64,000 nucleotides of DNA, from NCBI RefSeq assembly GCF_009914755.1, contig NC_060928.1, one strand, 5' to 3'. Under the pieces are notes generated by a model. The model made no database searches. It saw only the letters and a list, made by a program, of their open reading frames with translations, and was not told where the DNA came from. Numbering within the stretch: position 1 is the first letter of the stretch; each line of letters starts with the position of its first letter. This stretch comes from the human T2T-CHM13v2.0 reference genome, Homo sapiens. The position numbers and the translations under genes are program-made. Positions 33,900 to 49,170 of the stretch are shown here, piece after piece.

Positions 33900-34408
33900 A
33901 GTTTCTTCTCATTGCTGTGGACTTCTGTTACCTTATGGCTTCCAAGAGTCTGGAACATCGTGTTCACATTTGTATTATTCTCCACATTGTGAGTCCTCAT
34001 GTCCCAAAAGAGAATACAAAACAAAACAAAAACGTAAGAACCTATCAAACCGTATTACCCAGATTCTCTTGCTGTTAGGATGCAGACTTTTGACTTAAGT
34101 TTCTCCCATTTGAGTGAGATCTTGTAGCAAGACTTGGATTCAGGAGTGAGATGCAAAACAAAAAAACAAACAAACAAAAAACCAGGGAACGCTTATGTGG
34201 TGTGGGTGATTTCAGAGGCAGCTTCCTCATCGTAATACAGCTGGGGTGCATCTAGTGGCCATGTTGGCAGCTGCTCCCTTACCAGACCGGTTCTACAGTG
34301 GGATTCAGCCCAGATCCTAGGGCTGGGTATCACCATCCTCTGCTGCAGTAAATGACTTTGAAACACATAGAATGGATTCTGTAGTTGGCAGCTAAGAACG
34401 CTGACACA
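33900..34408 (+). mobile_element. LTR33-like ERVL LTR remnant
   Basis: CCCAGATTCTCTTGCTGTTAGGATG...GATTCTGTAGTTGGCAGCTAAGAAC. Confidence 0.45.
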
Positions 34409-35123
34409 TTTCGTGGGTGAGTTGTGTGGAGGAAAGACTGGAGGCAAGGAGACTGATTAGAATGTGAAGGCCTGAATTAGGATGGGTTTAGTAAAATAGG
34501 AATTGATTTGAGGAGAATGTAAAAGAGGGAATGAATCATATTTAATGATGTTAGGACTAAGGAACTGAATCAGGGAAAAAGTCATTTAGCATTACCTCTG
34601 GGGAATGGATTTGGGTGTAACATAGGAATGGGTATTGGATATTTGGGTGTATGTGAATAATAGGAAGGCAGATAGACTTTTTAATTTATACCCAACTCTA
34701 TGTTGTGTTTACTGCATGCGTATAATATTTTTATAGTCTTAAAAAAGATTGCTCTAAAGTTTGAGCCAGGATGACCAAAAATATTGTGGTGTCCATATGA
34801 GATGTTACTTTTTCTAACCTGAGAAGTCACAGTAAGTAAAATGAACGGAAACCATGAAGACTGGAATTGTTGAGTAAGAAAATTATGTCGATATTCCATC
34901 TGAATCCTAAGTTCAGAACTTTAAAAACACAATTACTGAGCACCTGCTGGGTGCCAGGCAATGTGCTAGGTTCCTTAAGTAGTTTCTCATTTAACCCTTT
35001 ATTCTCACATCTGTATCGTTGATAATGTTTTCCACTAAATAGACTCCCAGTAAAAATTGATGAATGATGTATCTCATCGAATTCCTTGAATTGAGAGATG
35101 TGATTTAATGTTTTTTTTTAATT

Positions 35124-35399
<276 letters not shown>

Positions 35400-35498
35400 T
35401 AAATGGCTTAACTTAAGTAAGTTAAACAAATGGTACATTTTTATTTGCATAGAACTATATAACCTATGATGCTTTTTAATTGTAAATAACACATCTTA

Positions 35499-36177
<679 letters not shown>

Positions 36178-36669
36178 TCATTTTAATACTTTCATATTAA
36201 TTCCGTGATTCTTAACCCTGACCCACACTTTAGAATCCCTGGGGAGTTCTTTAAAAAAGCTACTGATTATATTGGCCCCACCCTAAAGTAACTGGATCAG
36301 GATATGGACAGAGTTGGAAATCGCTGCGTCGGGATTGCTTTTGTAGTAGGATGGCAGCTGCTTTTATGGTGCCCTTGTGTTGATTTTGCTACATGAAATA
36401 TGATCTGTCAGGAAAGGAACTACAAAGTTCATTTTGTAGAATGCTACCTTTTCATTTTAAAAGCCCATCTGATCGAGTGAAAGTGTATAGAAGCACTTGT
36501 TTTGTATTAAAATTTTGATACCTGACTCTCATTTATGAAAGAATCTGTGTATGAAATAGCCCAAATTAGTATCAGCCTTTGGATAGTTTAAAAAATGATT
36601 TTTTTTTTGGTATGCTTCCCTATCATCTCCATCTGCCCCAGAACTCAAGGTCTGTCCATGCTGGTGACT

Positions 36670-38805
36670 TAGAGTAGTGGGATTTAAACCAGAGGATGCA
36701 CACTTGGAGGCACTTGAAGATGTTTCAAGGGACATGCAGGCATTGAATATTTAAAGGAAATTAATTGCCGATTCTTAGATCTTGAGTGTTAATCAGTTCT
36801 AACACTGACCGTCCTGAGAAAATGCCTATGGCCCAGGTGACCTGCTGGTTTTCCTTTCACACCTTCTCTTTCATGATTACCATTCTTTAAAGGGAAGACA
36901 TACCTTTCACCTACCCCTTATCAGAGTGCCAAGTAGGGGGATAATTAAAATACTGCTGGGGCTGCTGGGAAAGTGAGTGACTCTAATGACTGGGCAAAGG
37001 AACCTTTTGCAAATGTTTCCCATTTTTGCATTCAGTAAAATTGGGCAGGGTGGCTCATGCCTGTAATCCAAGCGCTTTGGAAGGCTGGGGCAGGCAGATC
37101 AGTTGAGCCCAGGAGTTCAAGACCAGCCTGGGCAACATGTCAAATCCTCATTTTTACAAACAAAACAAAACAAAATTAGCTGGACGCGGTGGCACGTGCC
37201 TGTAGTTCCAGCTACTTGGAGGGCACTGAAGTGTGGGAGGATTGCCTGAGCTTAGGGAGTTTGAGGCTGCAGTGAGCCATGATCATGCCAGTGTACTCCA
37301 GCCTGGACAATGTAGTGAGACCCTGTCTCAAAAAAAAAAACAAGAAAAGAAAAAAACCGGAAAGATGACTTAATCAAGTGGTCAGCTGATAGATTATTAA
37401 ATAGTAAGCCCATGGATACATATTACTTTTGTTCAAAAAGACCTTTTTCCAAGGAATGCTTATACACGGTTGGTAGGAGTGTAACTTAGTTCAACCACTG
37501 TGGAAAGCAGTGTGGTGATTTCTCGAAGAACTAAAACCAGAACTACCATTCGACTCAGCAATCCCATTACTGGGTATATACTCAAAGAAATATAAGTTGT
37601 TCTATCATAAAGACACATGCACTTGTATGTTCATTGTAGCACTATTCACAGTAGCAGAGACATGGAATCAACCTAAATGCTCATCAATGGTAGACTGCCT
37701 AAAGAAAATGTGGTACATATACACCGTGGAATACTACACAGCCATCAAAAAGAATGAGATCATGTCCTTTGCGGGAACGTGAATGGAGCTGGAGGCCATT
37801 ATCCTTAGCAAACTAACAGAACAGAAAACCAAATACCACATGTTCTCACTTGTAAGTGGGAGCTGAATAATAACACGTGGAAACATAGGGTAGAACAACA
37901 GGAATGGGGCCTAACTGAAGGTGGAGGGTGCGAGGAGGGAGAGTATCAGGAAAAATAACTGAGTACTAAGCTTAGTAGCTGGGTGATGAAATAATCTGTA
38001 TATCGAACCCCCATGACACGAGTCTCCCTATATAACAAACCTGCACATGTATACCTGAACTGAAAAGTTCTTCCTTTCCCTACTGAAAAAATACAAAACC
38101 TTTTTCCATCTATATATGTATATGAACACATTTTCTCAGTGCCTACATCTATAAGAACTAAACAAAATAATAGATTTTGTGCTGAATCTTGTCTCATTCC
38201 AGTAATAAGTAATAGTCTTCTACAGAGACTGACCTGATTGGAGAAAAAGTTCCATCTGTCTCATTAAGATACTCGTTTCCAATAAAATGTTATTTATATT
38301 GAATAACTTTATAGTTTCTTTTGAGCAATTTTGCCTTTAAAATTGTATTTAACTCCATTTAAAATAAACATTTAATACTGATTTTTATGGTTAAATACAC
38401 AAATTTTATTTGCAGAATTTTTGTTGCAGCGTAGAATAGACTTTCAAACTTTAACAAGATGGAATACTGTGGAGGAGGTGGAATGGAAAGTTGAGATCGA
38501 GGAGAAAGGGAAATGATGTACTGTTTCCAACTCTTTTGAAAGAGTTTGTTCATTTATTTTTTTAAAATGGATATCGGTTGTGGGGATGGCTATGGCATTT
38601 AGGTCAGAATGGATACGTTTAAGAGATGTAATGGTTTTATTTAAAACTCAGTATTTATAACATGCCAGAAATTATATTCTTTGCAACCGTTTAAAATTAC
38701 AGTGTGAAAATTTGAATATTAACCTTAAAAATGTGTGAAAGAGTCTATAGTTTCTCCAGGTCTCTTTCTGGGGTTATGCAAACAAAGATGTGAAGAACTG
38801 TGGGC
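36670..38805 (+). mobile_element. Second hAT-Charlie remnant (Charlie7-like), interrupted by AluJ (37043-37356, +) and L1PA
   Basis: Degenerate LI..SADRLL and E.IFS.PTSIRTK..NRF.AESCLI.VISN motifs; 3' region collinear with 2700-3420. Confidence 0.65.
37452..38067 (+). mobile_element. 5'-truncated L1PA (older primate, ~L1PA13-16)
   Basis: ORF2 C-terminus (KDTCTCMFIVALFT...KMWYIYTVEYY) plus 3'UTR; ACCTTTTTCCA at 37441-37451 and 38098-38108. Confidence 0.92.
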
Positions 38806-39067
38806 AAAGGCTATCATGGGGGCAGAAGTAATGAGGAGGACAGTAAGCATTTATTTATTTTTTCCCCTACTTAAAATTCCTGGAAAGATGAACTGATTGG
38901 ATATTTTTAAGTCATAGCAACATTTTAACAGAAAAGAATACTTGCCAAACTTTAATATGACATCCAAAATACACTCTTTCTAAGATCACTTTTACAGGCC
39001 CTCTCCTCATCCCTGAGCCTTTCTTCATGCCATTCCTGACATCTAGATGTCTTCTGCTTTCATCCTT

Positions 39068-39354
39068 TATCTTTTGAGACAGAGTCTTGCTCTGTCGCCA
39101 GGCTGGAATGCAGTGGCTCAATCTCAGCTCACTGAAACCTCCGCCTCCTGGATTCAAGTGATTCTCCTGCCTCAGTCTCCTGAGTAGCTGGGACTACAGG
39201 CTCGAGCCACCAAGCTCAGCTAATTTTTTGTGTTTTAGTAGAGATGGGGTTTCACCATGTTGGCCAAGATGGTCTCGATCTCTTGACCTCGTGATCCGCC
39301 GACCTCAGCCTCCCAAAGTACTGGGATTACAGGCATGAGCCACCGTGCCCAGCC
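39068..39354 (-). mobile_element. AluSc
   Basis: TSD CCTTTAT. Confidence 0.94.
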
Positions 39355-40514
39355 CTTTATTTTTTAAGGTGTTATTTTACATGTGCAGGCTATCTGCATG
39401 ATCAGTAGCCATTAATGAAGTTTTAAATCACCAGTCTGTCATGCCCAGGTACTATACCCTTCATCTTTTATTAATTTTCTTTTTTCATCTGCTGGTTTTA
39501 GTTATCAAGGCGTCTAGAGAGGTTGGGGAGGCATAAGGCAGTCAGTAGAGCTCTGGAGGTAGGGGGTCAGGGTATTCTGTGGTCTAATCTGGTTCTGTTC
39601 TAGCAGGCTGTTTGAATTTACTGTCATGCTGGCCTAATGGAAAAATAAAGTTTGGCGTTTGCCTTTTTTGTTGCCTTCGCCAGAGCACATTTATTAATAT
39701 ATACTTACCAGAGAAAACTGTGAGGCTTGACTATGTAAGAAGCTTATTTGTGTTGGCTCAGGTTCTCTACTCAGTAGGATAGGAGCTCTATTCTGATTTA
39801 TTTTGGACAGTTTTGAAGAGATAGAACCAAAAGACATTTATCAAATGAGTAAACTGAAGACTGAACTGGGGCAGAAGGGGTTCAGTTTTCTTTTCAAATT
39901 TTTGAGCACTTTAGGTATCAGGCAGCATAGGTGTTCTTGTTTTCTTACTTACTCTTTGAGTTCCAGTTCTGAGGTTGCACAGAGCTGCAGAAGCTGTCAT
40001 AGCATGAAAATATTTAATAATAAATGTAATACTAATAAAATTGCTCTCCATTCGAACATGTCTTCCTGCTTAAAACTGGCTTTTGTTGCTCCCATTTCCC
40101 ATCTGGTCTGTAGCCAGTGTCTTTGTGTTGGCAATTGACAAGGATAATGTGTTTGATGCTTCAAAAGAGGATGGTTTAAATGTCAAAACATTAAAAGATG
40201 GCCTTGTGTAAATTAATGTGGTTCTCAGATGTTTTAGCAAAAATCACCTCTTTATGACCCTCTCTATGTCATTATCATGCTACAATTTTGTCAAGAATTA
40301 CACTAAAAATTCTTGACTCTTGACTCATTCTTTGTCATGCTGAGACTTAGGTCATGGTTGGGATTATAACAAAATTGATTAAATATGAAACACTTATTTT
40401 CATAACATTTTTTAGGAAAATCTCAGATAAGTCTCATTTTTTTTCTCTGTCTCATAATTGTGGATTTTAAGTGGATTCCTTTGAGTAGCTTTCTTTTGAG
40501 GTACCAGTTTCCCT

Positions 40515-41120
40515 CAGATACTGCATAGCACAGCTTTGGAATCATAAACCTTGGTTTGAATTCTGGCTCACCCTCTTGCCCTGGGTGACCGTAGCCAATT
40601 AATCTTTGCAGCTTTGATTTTCTCCTCTGTAAAACAAGACTAATGGTACCTTTTCTAGAGGATTGTTGAGAAGGCTTAGTGGTGCAGTTCACATAAAGAT
40701 CATTGTGTGAGGTCTACACAATGCACATGCTCTGTAGCAGGACCAGAGGCTATCGTGAATTATTGCCCATGTTTCTCTTGGATCTCAATTGCTTTTCACT
40801 TGGCATTTGTCTCGGCTGAGTAGAGAATTGCTTTTTAAATGATGAGAAATGAGTCAACAATGCATGGTGATGTAAATAGGAGGGCATGTTTTGGTTTTCA
40901 AAGTGGAAATAGCCACTTCTATTATAAAAGTTACAATAGCTGATTATTGAGGGCTTACTTTGTCCTAGATTCTCTTTAAAGCCCTCTACAAATGGCATCT
41001 CATTTAATCATTCCAATAAAACTATGAACTAGGTACCATTAAGATAGGTATCATTAGTAGCCCCATTTTATAATAGGAAACCAAAGTTAGTACTCATTCA
41101 AGCTTGTCTAGCTGGTAAGT
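40515..41120. mobile_element. Two MIRs (+ 40515-40730; - 40940-41120)
   Basis: TTTTCTCCTCTGTAAAAC core; TCTCATTTAATC...CCCCATTTTATA. Confidence 0.65.
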
Positions 41121-41184
41121 GTAATGCCTGTTAAAAATTTTTTTGTAAAGAAAATACTATAAAATATAAAGAAGAAAAATAAAA

Positions 41185-43255
<2,071 letters not shown>

Positions 43256-43257
43256 AA

Positions 43258-43566
43258 TTTTATTTATTTATTATTATTATTCTTTTGAGACGGAGTCTTG
43301 CTCCGTCACTTAGGCTGGAGTGCAGTGGGGGCGATCTTGGCTCACTGCAACCTCCGCATCCCGGGTTCCAACGATTCTCCTGCCTCAGGCTCCTGAGTAG
43401 CTGGGATTACAGGTGCGCGCCACCATGCCTGGCTAATTTTTGTATTTTTAGTAGAGATGGGGTTTCACCGTGTTGGCCAGGCTGGTCTCAAACTCCTGAC
43501 CTCATGATCCACCCACCTCGGCCTCCCGGAGTGCTGGGATTACAGGCGTGAGCCACCACGCCTGGC
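43258..43566 (-). mobile_element. AluSg-like
   Basis: TSD TCATCTTTTAAATTTTA. Confidence 0.95.
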
Positions 43567-46500
43567 CAGCTCATCTTTTAAATTTTAATCTAAGAGGTCC
43601 AAATTGGTATTATATACTTCTTTTAGTTTGCATGTACTTATGAAGATGAAGTTGGTTGAAGTTTCCTTTGTTTCCACCATTGGACTTATTTGCTATGCCT
43701 GGAGATCACTTCCTGTGCCGCCTCCAGACCTCTGCTGGGACATCCCTTAATCTAGGAAGCATTTCCCACCTCTTCCCTCAACTGCACAGGCACAGACATG
43801 TTCTCTCATCCTCCCTTGCACGGGTCCTTTACAAGGCCCTGGGCGGGTTCCTAGGAATGTTTTTACATGACTGTGTTTTTTATTAAGTCTTCAGAAGTAA
43901 TATATAGTGTGTATTTTTTTTTCCTTTAAAATACTCCACTTTGCCCTCTCACATAAGTTTCAGAGCTCCATAAAACCTGGATCTGCCCTGCCTGGGACAT
44001 TAGGTGTCGAATGTAATGCTGAATTGAATGGAACCCACTGAGTATATTGCTCCTTAGCGCTCTTAATGTTTAGGTCAGGAGCCTTTTGTTCAAGGAAGCT
44101 TGGTTACCAGTGAGTGGGCTCCTGAAAACTATGGTAGCAGTGAAAGAAAGACTCTTGGAAAATGGTTATGATTAATCTTGTGTGCAGTGTCTGTGTATAT
44201 GCAGTCATGTGTTCCCAAACCTTATTAACAAGATGAAATACCTATTTTAGTACACACTTGATTTTCTGGATAACCCAATGGTGGTAGTAGGCACCCAAAT
44301 AGCCTCTCTCCTAACTCTTTGGTTCACCTTGTTTAAAGCCTTTAGACTGAGTAAGAATCTTTTGGACCCTGTTTTTTTGGCTTGAAAATTTGCCCAATTT
44401 GAGTGGTGGGTGATATATTTACTAGTTTTCTTTATTCCTTGAACTTACGATGAGTGTGTGTTTTATAATGGGGTGAAAAAAAAAACAGTAACCTTTTTGT
44501 TGAACAGACAGAAAATTTCCAACTTGCTTTTAGTGAGAGCTGAGACCTGACAATGGGAGTGAACATGCCGGGCTTGATTCCAGCCAGGTTCCTGTTTAGA
44601 ATTGAGGCCGAGGTCAGTCAGCAGGTGCTTGCGTTCTCACACAGTCCTTGGAACCAAGCATGCTGTGCACTGTGATTGTAGGACTGAACACTTGCACATT
44701 AAAAACTCCTCCTCATTTCCCGAGCACTTCTTGTGGGATGCTGCTGCGCATTTCGAAAGACAGTGTTTTTGCTATAATAGAAAGCTGTGTCCACCAGGGG
44801 TAGAAGGGAACACACGAGAGCAGGTCCAGAGAGAAAAAAGAATCAGAAGAGGCTGAACCTAGTATTGAGGCCTATGAAAATAAGATGCAGACATCATACT
44901 TGAGAAACTGTTAATGGAATAGAAAAGCTTGAAAACATAGTGAATACATTCAATTTTTTGGTCTCAGCACAAAATCACTGGAGAGAAAAATGTACGTAAC
45001 AAGTGTGATGTGTTTGGTGCTACAGGGAAGGGATATAGAATAGTGATACTCTTAAGCATCATAGAAGCGATGGGAACATCAGGCCAATTACTGAGAAATT
45101 TCCTATTGACTGAAATCATGTGTGACAGTTTCAGAAATAATGATAGGCTCTCGTATATGTTGGTACGAGTTTACTGTAAAAATCAATAGCCCGACTTGGT
45201 GCTCAGGCTCTGTTTTCTCCTTCGGTGATATCGAAACTGACTTTCAGCCCTTTCATTGCACTTGTGACTCCGGGGGACACGTGCTGATTTCCTGGTTCTA
45301 TCCTAACGGTGCCTGCCCTTTTCTGTTTACTCCATGTCAGTGCAGGCATTGATAAGAATTCTAGTCGGTGGGGTGGTGAAGACATCAAGAGACCTTAACC
45401 TGGGGTTTCCTTGCTGTATCTTAAACTTTTGACCACCATTCTTACATTTGCTGTGATCAGTTTGTAGTCTTTATGTGTAATACTTTTTCTCCCCACCTTC
45501 CTGGGGGGAAAATTCCACATGTAAAGGATTTGTCAAATTGGTGATAAGACCAAACAGCCTTAGGGGACATGAGAAGTCTTATGAGCATTGTAGACCTGCT
45601 GGTGAGCTAGGGGGTGTAGGCTGTGTGGGGTACTTTCTGTTCTTTACTTAGAGATTTGGTAGGGAAAGTTCTCTGGAATTTCAGCAGTTGTTCTGATGTC
45701 ATGTGTAAATATTATCTTTCTGTGTTGCAGCTTGGGGCCAAGCTTTTCATGGAAACTGCTGAAAATTATTTAGTGGCATAGTAGTTGTTTTTGAAGTTGA
45801 AGACTTTATACCCAAATCCAGATGGACGAATCTTTCACTTTCTTGCTACAGATTTTGTGAAGAAGTGTTACTCAAACTTTAGGTGACATTAACACCATAA
45901 GTGTGTTAGGGGAAGAGCTGGGATAAAGGGATGGAGATGCTTTGAGCTGCTACAGTAGTTTGCACATTCTTACCTGTCTGACTCTATTTGCCATCACATA
46001 TAGAATGTGGAGAATGACCAAGCAATCTTAAACTTTAATAATTGGGTTTACATAGGAAGGAAACAACAGGCAAATCTAATTGTAAAGCAGAGACATGCAT
46101 TTAGTACATAGATAATTGGACCAATTTCAGAGACAGAAATGAAGGAAAAATGAGCCCCACAGGCTTGAGGGTCAAGCTAGGCTGTAAGACAGAAATTCAC
46201 TCTGCATTTCTAGGAAGATGGCTTGTGGCTTTTACACAGGAGGACTCTGAAGAACCTGCTATATCAAGTGTCAGTTATGTGCAAGAAACGGGATTAGATA
46301 CTGTGGATGAATAGGGAAGTTTACTAGTCCTTGACCACAGGGAGTTCACACATTAATACACATGAAAACAAAACTGCCAGGGTAAAGCCCAGTACATCCT
46401 AAATGCCAAGTGAATGATATACACAATAGCCAGTTGCTCAGTGGAAGAACCAGAAATTTGCCTGGGGAAGGTCTGTGTAGACTTGCTTCCATATCTGCAC

Positions 46501-46612
46501 TGACTTTGGGGGTCAGGGGATCTCTTAAGGCTTTGAACAAACACGGTCCATCTTTCTTGGTGCCAGTTTTACTTAAGATTTGGAAGGAAGATTTTTATAT
46601 TAAAATAAACTC

Positions 46613-46935
46613 TGCCAGGCACGGTGGCTCACGCCTGTTGTTATCGCAGCACTTTGGGAGGCTGAGGTGAGAGGATTGCTTGAGCCCAGGAGTTTGAGAC
46701 CAGCCTAGGCAACATAGGGAGACCCCACCTCTGCGTTAAAAAAGAAAAAAAAAGATTAAAAAAATTAGCTGGGTGTAGTGGCACTCGTCCGTGGTTCCAG
46801 CTACTTGGAGGCTGAGGCAGGAGGATAGCTGATCACTGGAGGTCAAGGCTGCAGTGAGACATGATCACACCATTGCTCTCCAGCCTGGGCAACAGAGTGA
46901 GATCCTGTCTCTGATAGATAAATACATAAATAAAA
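46613..46935 (+). mobile_element. AluJ
   Basis: GGATTGCTTGAGCCCAGG; AAACTC on both sides. Confidence 0.92.
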
Positions 46936-47519
46936 ACTCAAAAGCTGGAAGAGAGTGCTCAGTTTGCATACATCTTAAAAATAGATGACTAGTCCTCAAT
47001 ATTTTTCACACTTTGGGCAGGAAACTGGGAAGGCCCTAGGTCTCCAGTGCAGATCGTTCTCCTCTGTCAGTAATTTGGGGGCAAAGTTTGAAAAGCGCTG
47101 ATGAGAGATTAGCAAGGGCTATCTCTGTGCCCTGTCTCTTCTTCTTTCCTTAATAACTGAGCGGGTTTAGTGAGGAGCAGTTATTTCTGTGACATAAATG
47201 GGTGTGCTAGAGATTCATGATTGGAAGTGATTAATAATTAACTGTGAAGAATTGGAGCACGACTTAAAGTACGTCGTGTTTAGAATTAGTTAATGGGAAG
47301 GACTGGGGACCCTTTCCCAGGGGTAATTGTAGCTTCTGCTTTTTCAATCAACGTCTTTGGATCCTTTACTTCCTGGAATTTATAGAGCAGCTGTTCAGTG
47401 TGTCTGCATTAAAGGAATGAGTAGGTGAAGTGACTTGCAGTCCTCCCTGGGAAGCCAGTTCTTTGTGTGTGTGATTTTGGGGAGGGGAAGTGGTTGTAGG
47501 GAGTATCCACTGGGGAGTA

Positions 47520-47650
47520 GCACTGCCCACACATTAACTTGAGCCACTTTCCGGCTCTGTGATCTGGGGCCTTGTTTCTGCATGTGTAGAATGGGGATGA
47601 TACTGACTCTTCTAGGCTTGTGAGGATGGAGGTAATGTGAATAACCATTA
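47520..47650 (+). mobile_element. MIR
   Basis: GTTTCTGCATGTGTAGAATGGGGATGATA. Confidence 0.6.
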
Positions 47651-47939
47651 GGGATTCAGCACCATCAGGGTGGTGGCTGTGGCGGCTGTCAGGGATAATG
47701 GTGCTGATATCATTGAGAAGGGGCGGGGTGGTTATTGCTCCAGGGAAAAGTCTGGGCCGTGGCCTTCCAGGCAGGACCGTTTCAAATGCGTGTCTCCTCT
47801 TGATGTTCTAGCTAGGAAGTGAGTCTACATTATAATCACTAGAACCATTGTACATTGCTATAGGAAAGGACACGTGCTGTTAAATACAGATAGACCTTAT
47901 TTTGCACCAAATACATTCCTGAAAACTGTTCTTTTTACT

Positions 47940-48300
47940 TAGTTATTTTTTAAATTGGGGTACAATAGACGTAACATTAAATTTACCATTTTGACCATTT
48001 TTAAGTGTACAGTTGAGTGGCGTTAAGTATACCCATGTTACAGAGCAACTATCGCCACCATCCGTCTCCAGAAATCTTTTCATCTTGTAGAACTGAAACT
48101 GTGCCCATTGAACAATAACTCCTCATTCCTCCCTCCCGCTCAAGCCCGTAGCACCCACCCTTTTACTTCCGTCTCTGTGGATTTGACTACTCTGCGTGCT
48201 TCATAGGAGGGAGAATCATACGTTACTTGTCTTTTTAGGATTGGCTTCTTTCATTTAGCGTAATGTCTTCAAGATTTATCCATGTTGTTGCATGTGTTTT
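47940..48300 (-). mobile_element. L1MB-type 3' end
   Basis: AAATTTACCATTTTGACCATTTTAAGTGTACAGTTGAGTGGCGTTAAGTA. Confidence 0.85.
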
Positions 48301-49039
48301 CTGTGTTTTTTTTTTTTTTTTGTTAACATCATGTTGTTATTACACAAGAAGTGCATGTTTATTTTACAGTTTTTCAACAGTATACAGAAGAATAAAAAGA
48401 TTACATTATTCCCCTACCCAACATAACTTTTGTTATTTTGGTGTATGTGCTTCTACTGAGCCTGCAACTTAAAGCAGAATCGTTTAGAGTGAAATCTTAC
48501 ACGTGCTGCCCTGGGACCTCTGGTTTTCTTGGGTGTGAGAGGAACTGTTGAATGTAAATTTTCAAGAGAGTGAGAAATCAAGTGTGGGTCTGTGAGGCTG
48601 TGGTGAAGGAGCCGGAGGAGAAACGTGGAGTGGTGAAGTGGGAACCCTCAACCGCCATTTGTGAAATGGGACGTTCTCACCTTTGAAGCTTGAGCTTGTG
48701 GGTTTTGAGTTCCTGTTTTGTGCCCTTTTAATGTCAACTTTCTAAGTTCATAAGTTGGTAGGAAATAGGTGTCCTAACTTCCATTGTGTGCAGATAATAG
48801 GAGACTTAAATAAAAGGTGGGTGAGAAGCAGGGATGTTGCATGCCAAGCACTAGGGGAAGGAGGAGACCGGGATGGAAGTAAACGTGAAGGCAGTGCTGC
48901 GGGCAGAGGGACCGCCCTCTGGGCTCCCTGGGACTCGGTCTGTGTGGCTCTTCCAGGAAGCGTGACCCTTCCCCCTGCCTCATGCTATTTCTGCCAGAAC
49001 GCTTTGGTGCCCTACCGAGCTCTCTCTTCTCGTTTGGCT

Positions 49040-49170
49040 CCACCCAGTAAGATGGAGTTCCTTAAGAGCAAGGTCCTTCAGTTATTTCTTATTTTTTATC
49101 CCCAGCACCTAGCTGGGTTCCCTCGCCCTAGCCAGTCTTTAATAAATGCTTCTTGGAATGAAAGAATGAG
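49040..49170 (+). mobile_element. L2 3' end
   Basis: TATCCCCAGCACCTAG...AATAAATGCTTCTTGGAATGAAAGAATGA. Confidence 0.7.

Noticed and set aside
37597-37782. ORF resembling L1 ORF2p C-terminus
   Set aside because: It is part of a 5'-truncated, non-autonomous L1PA copy.
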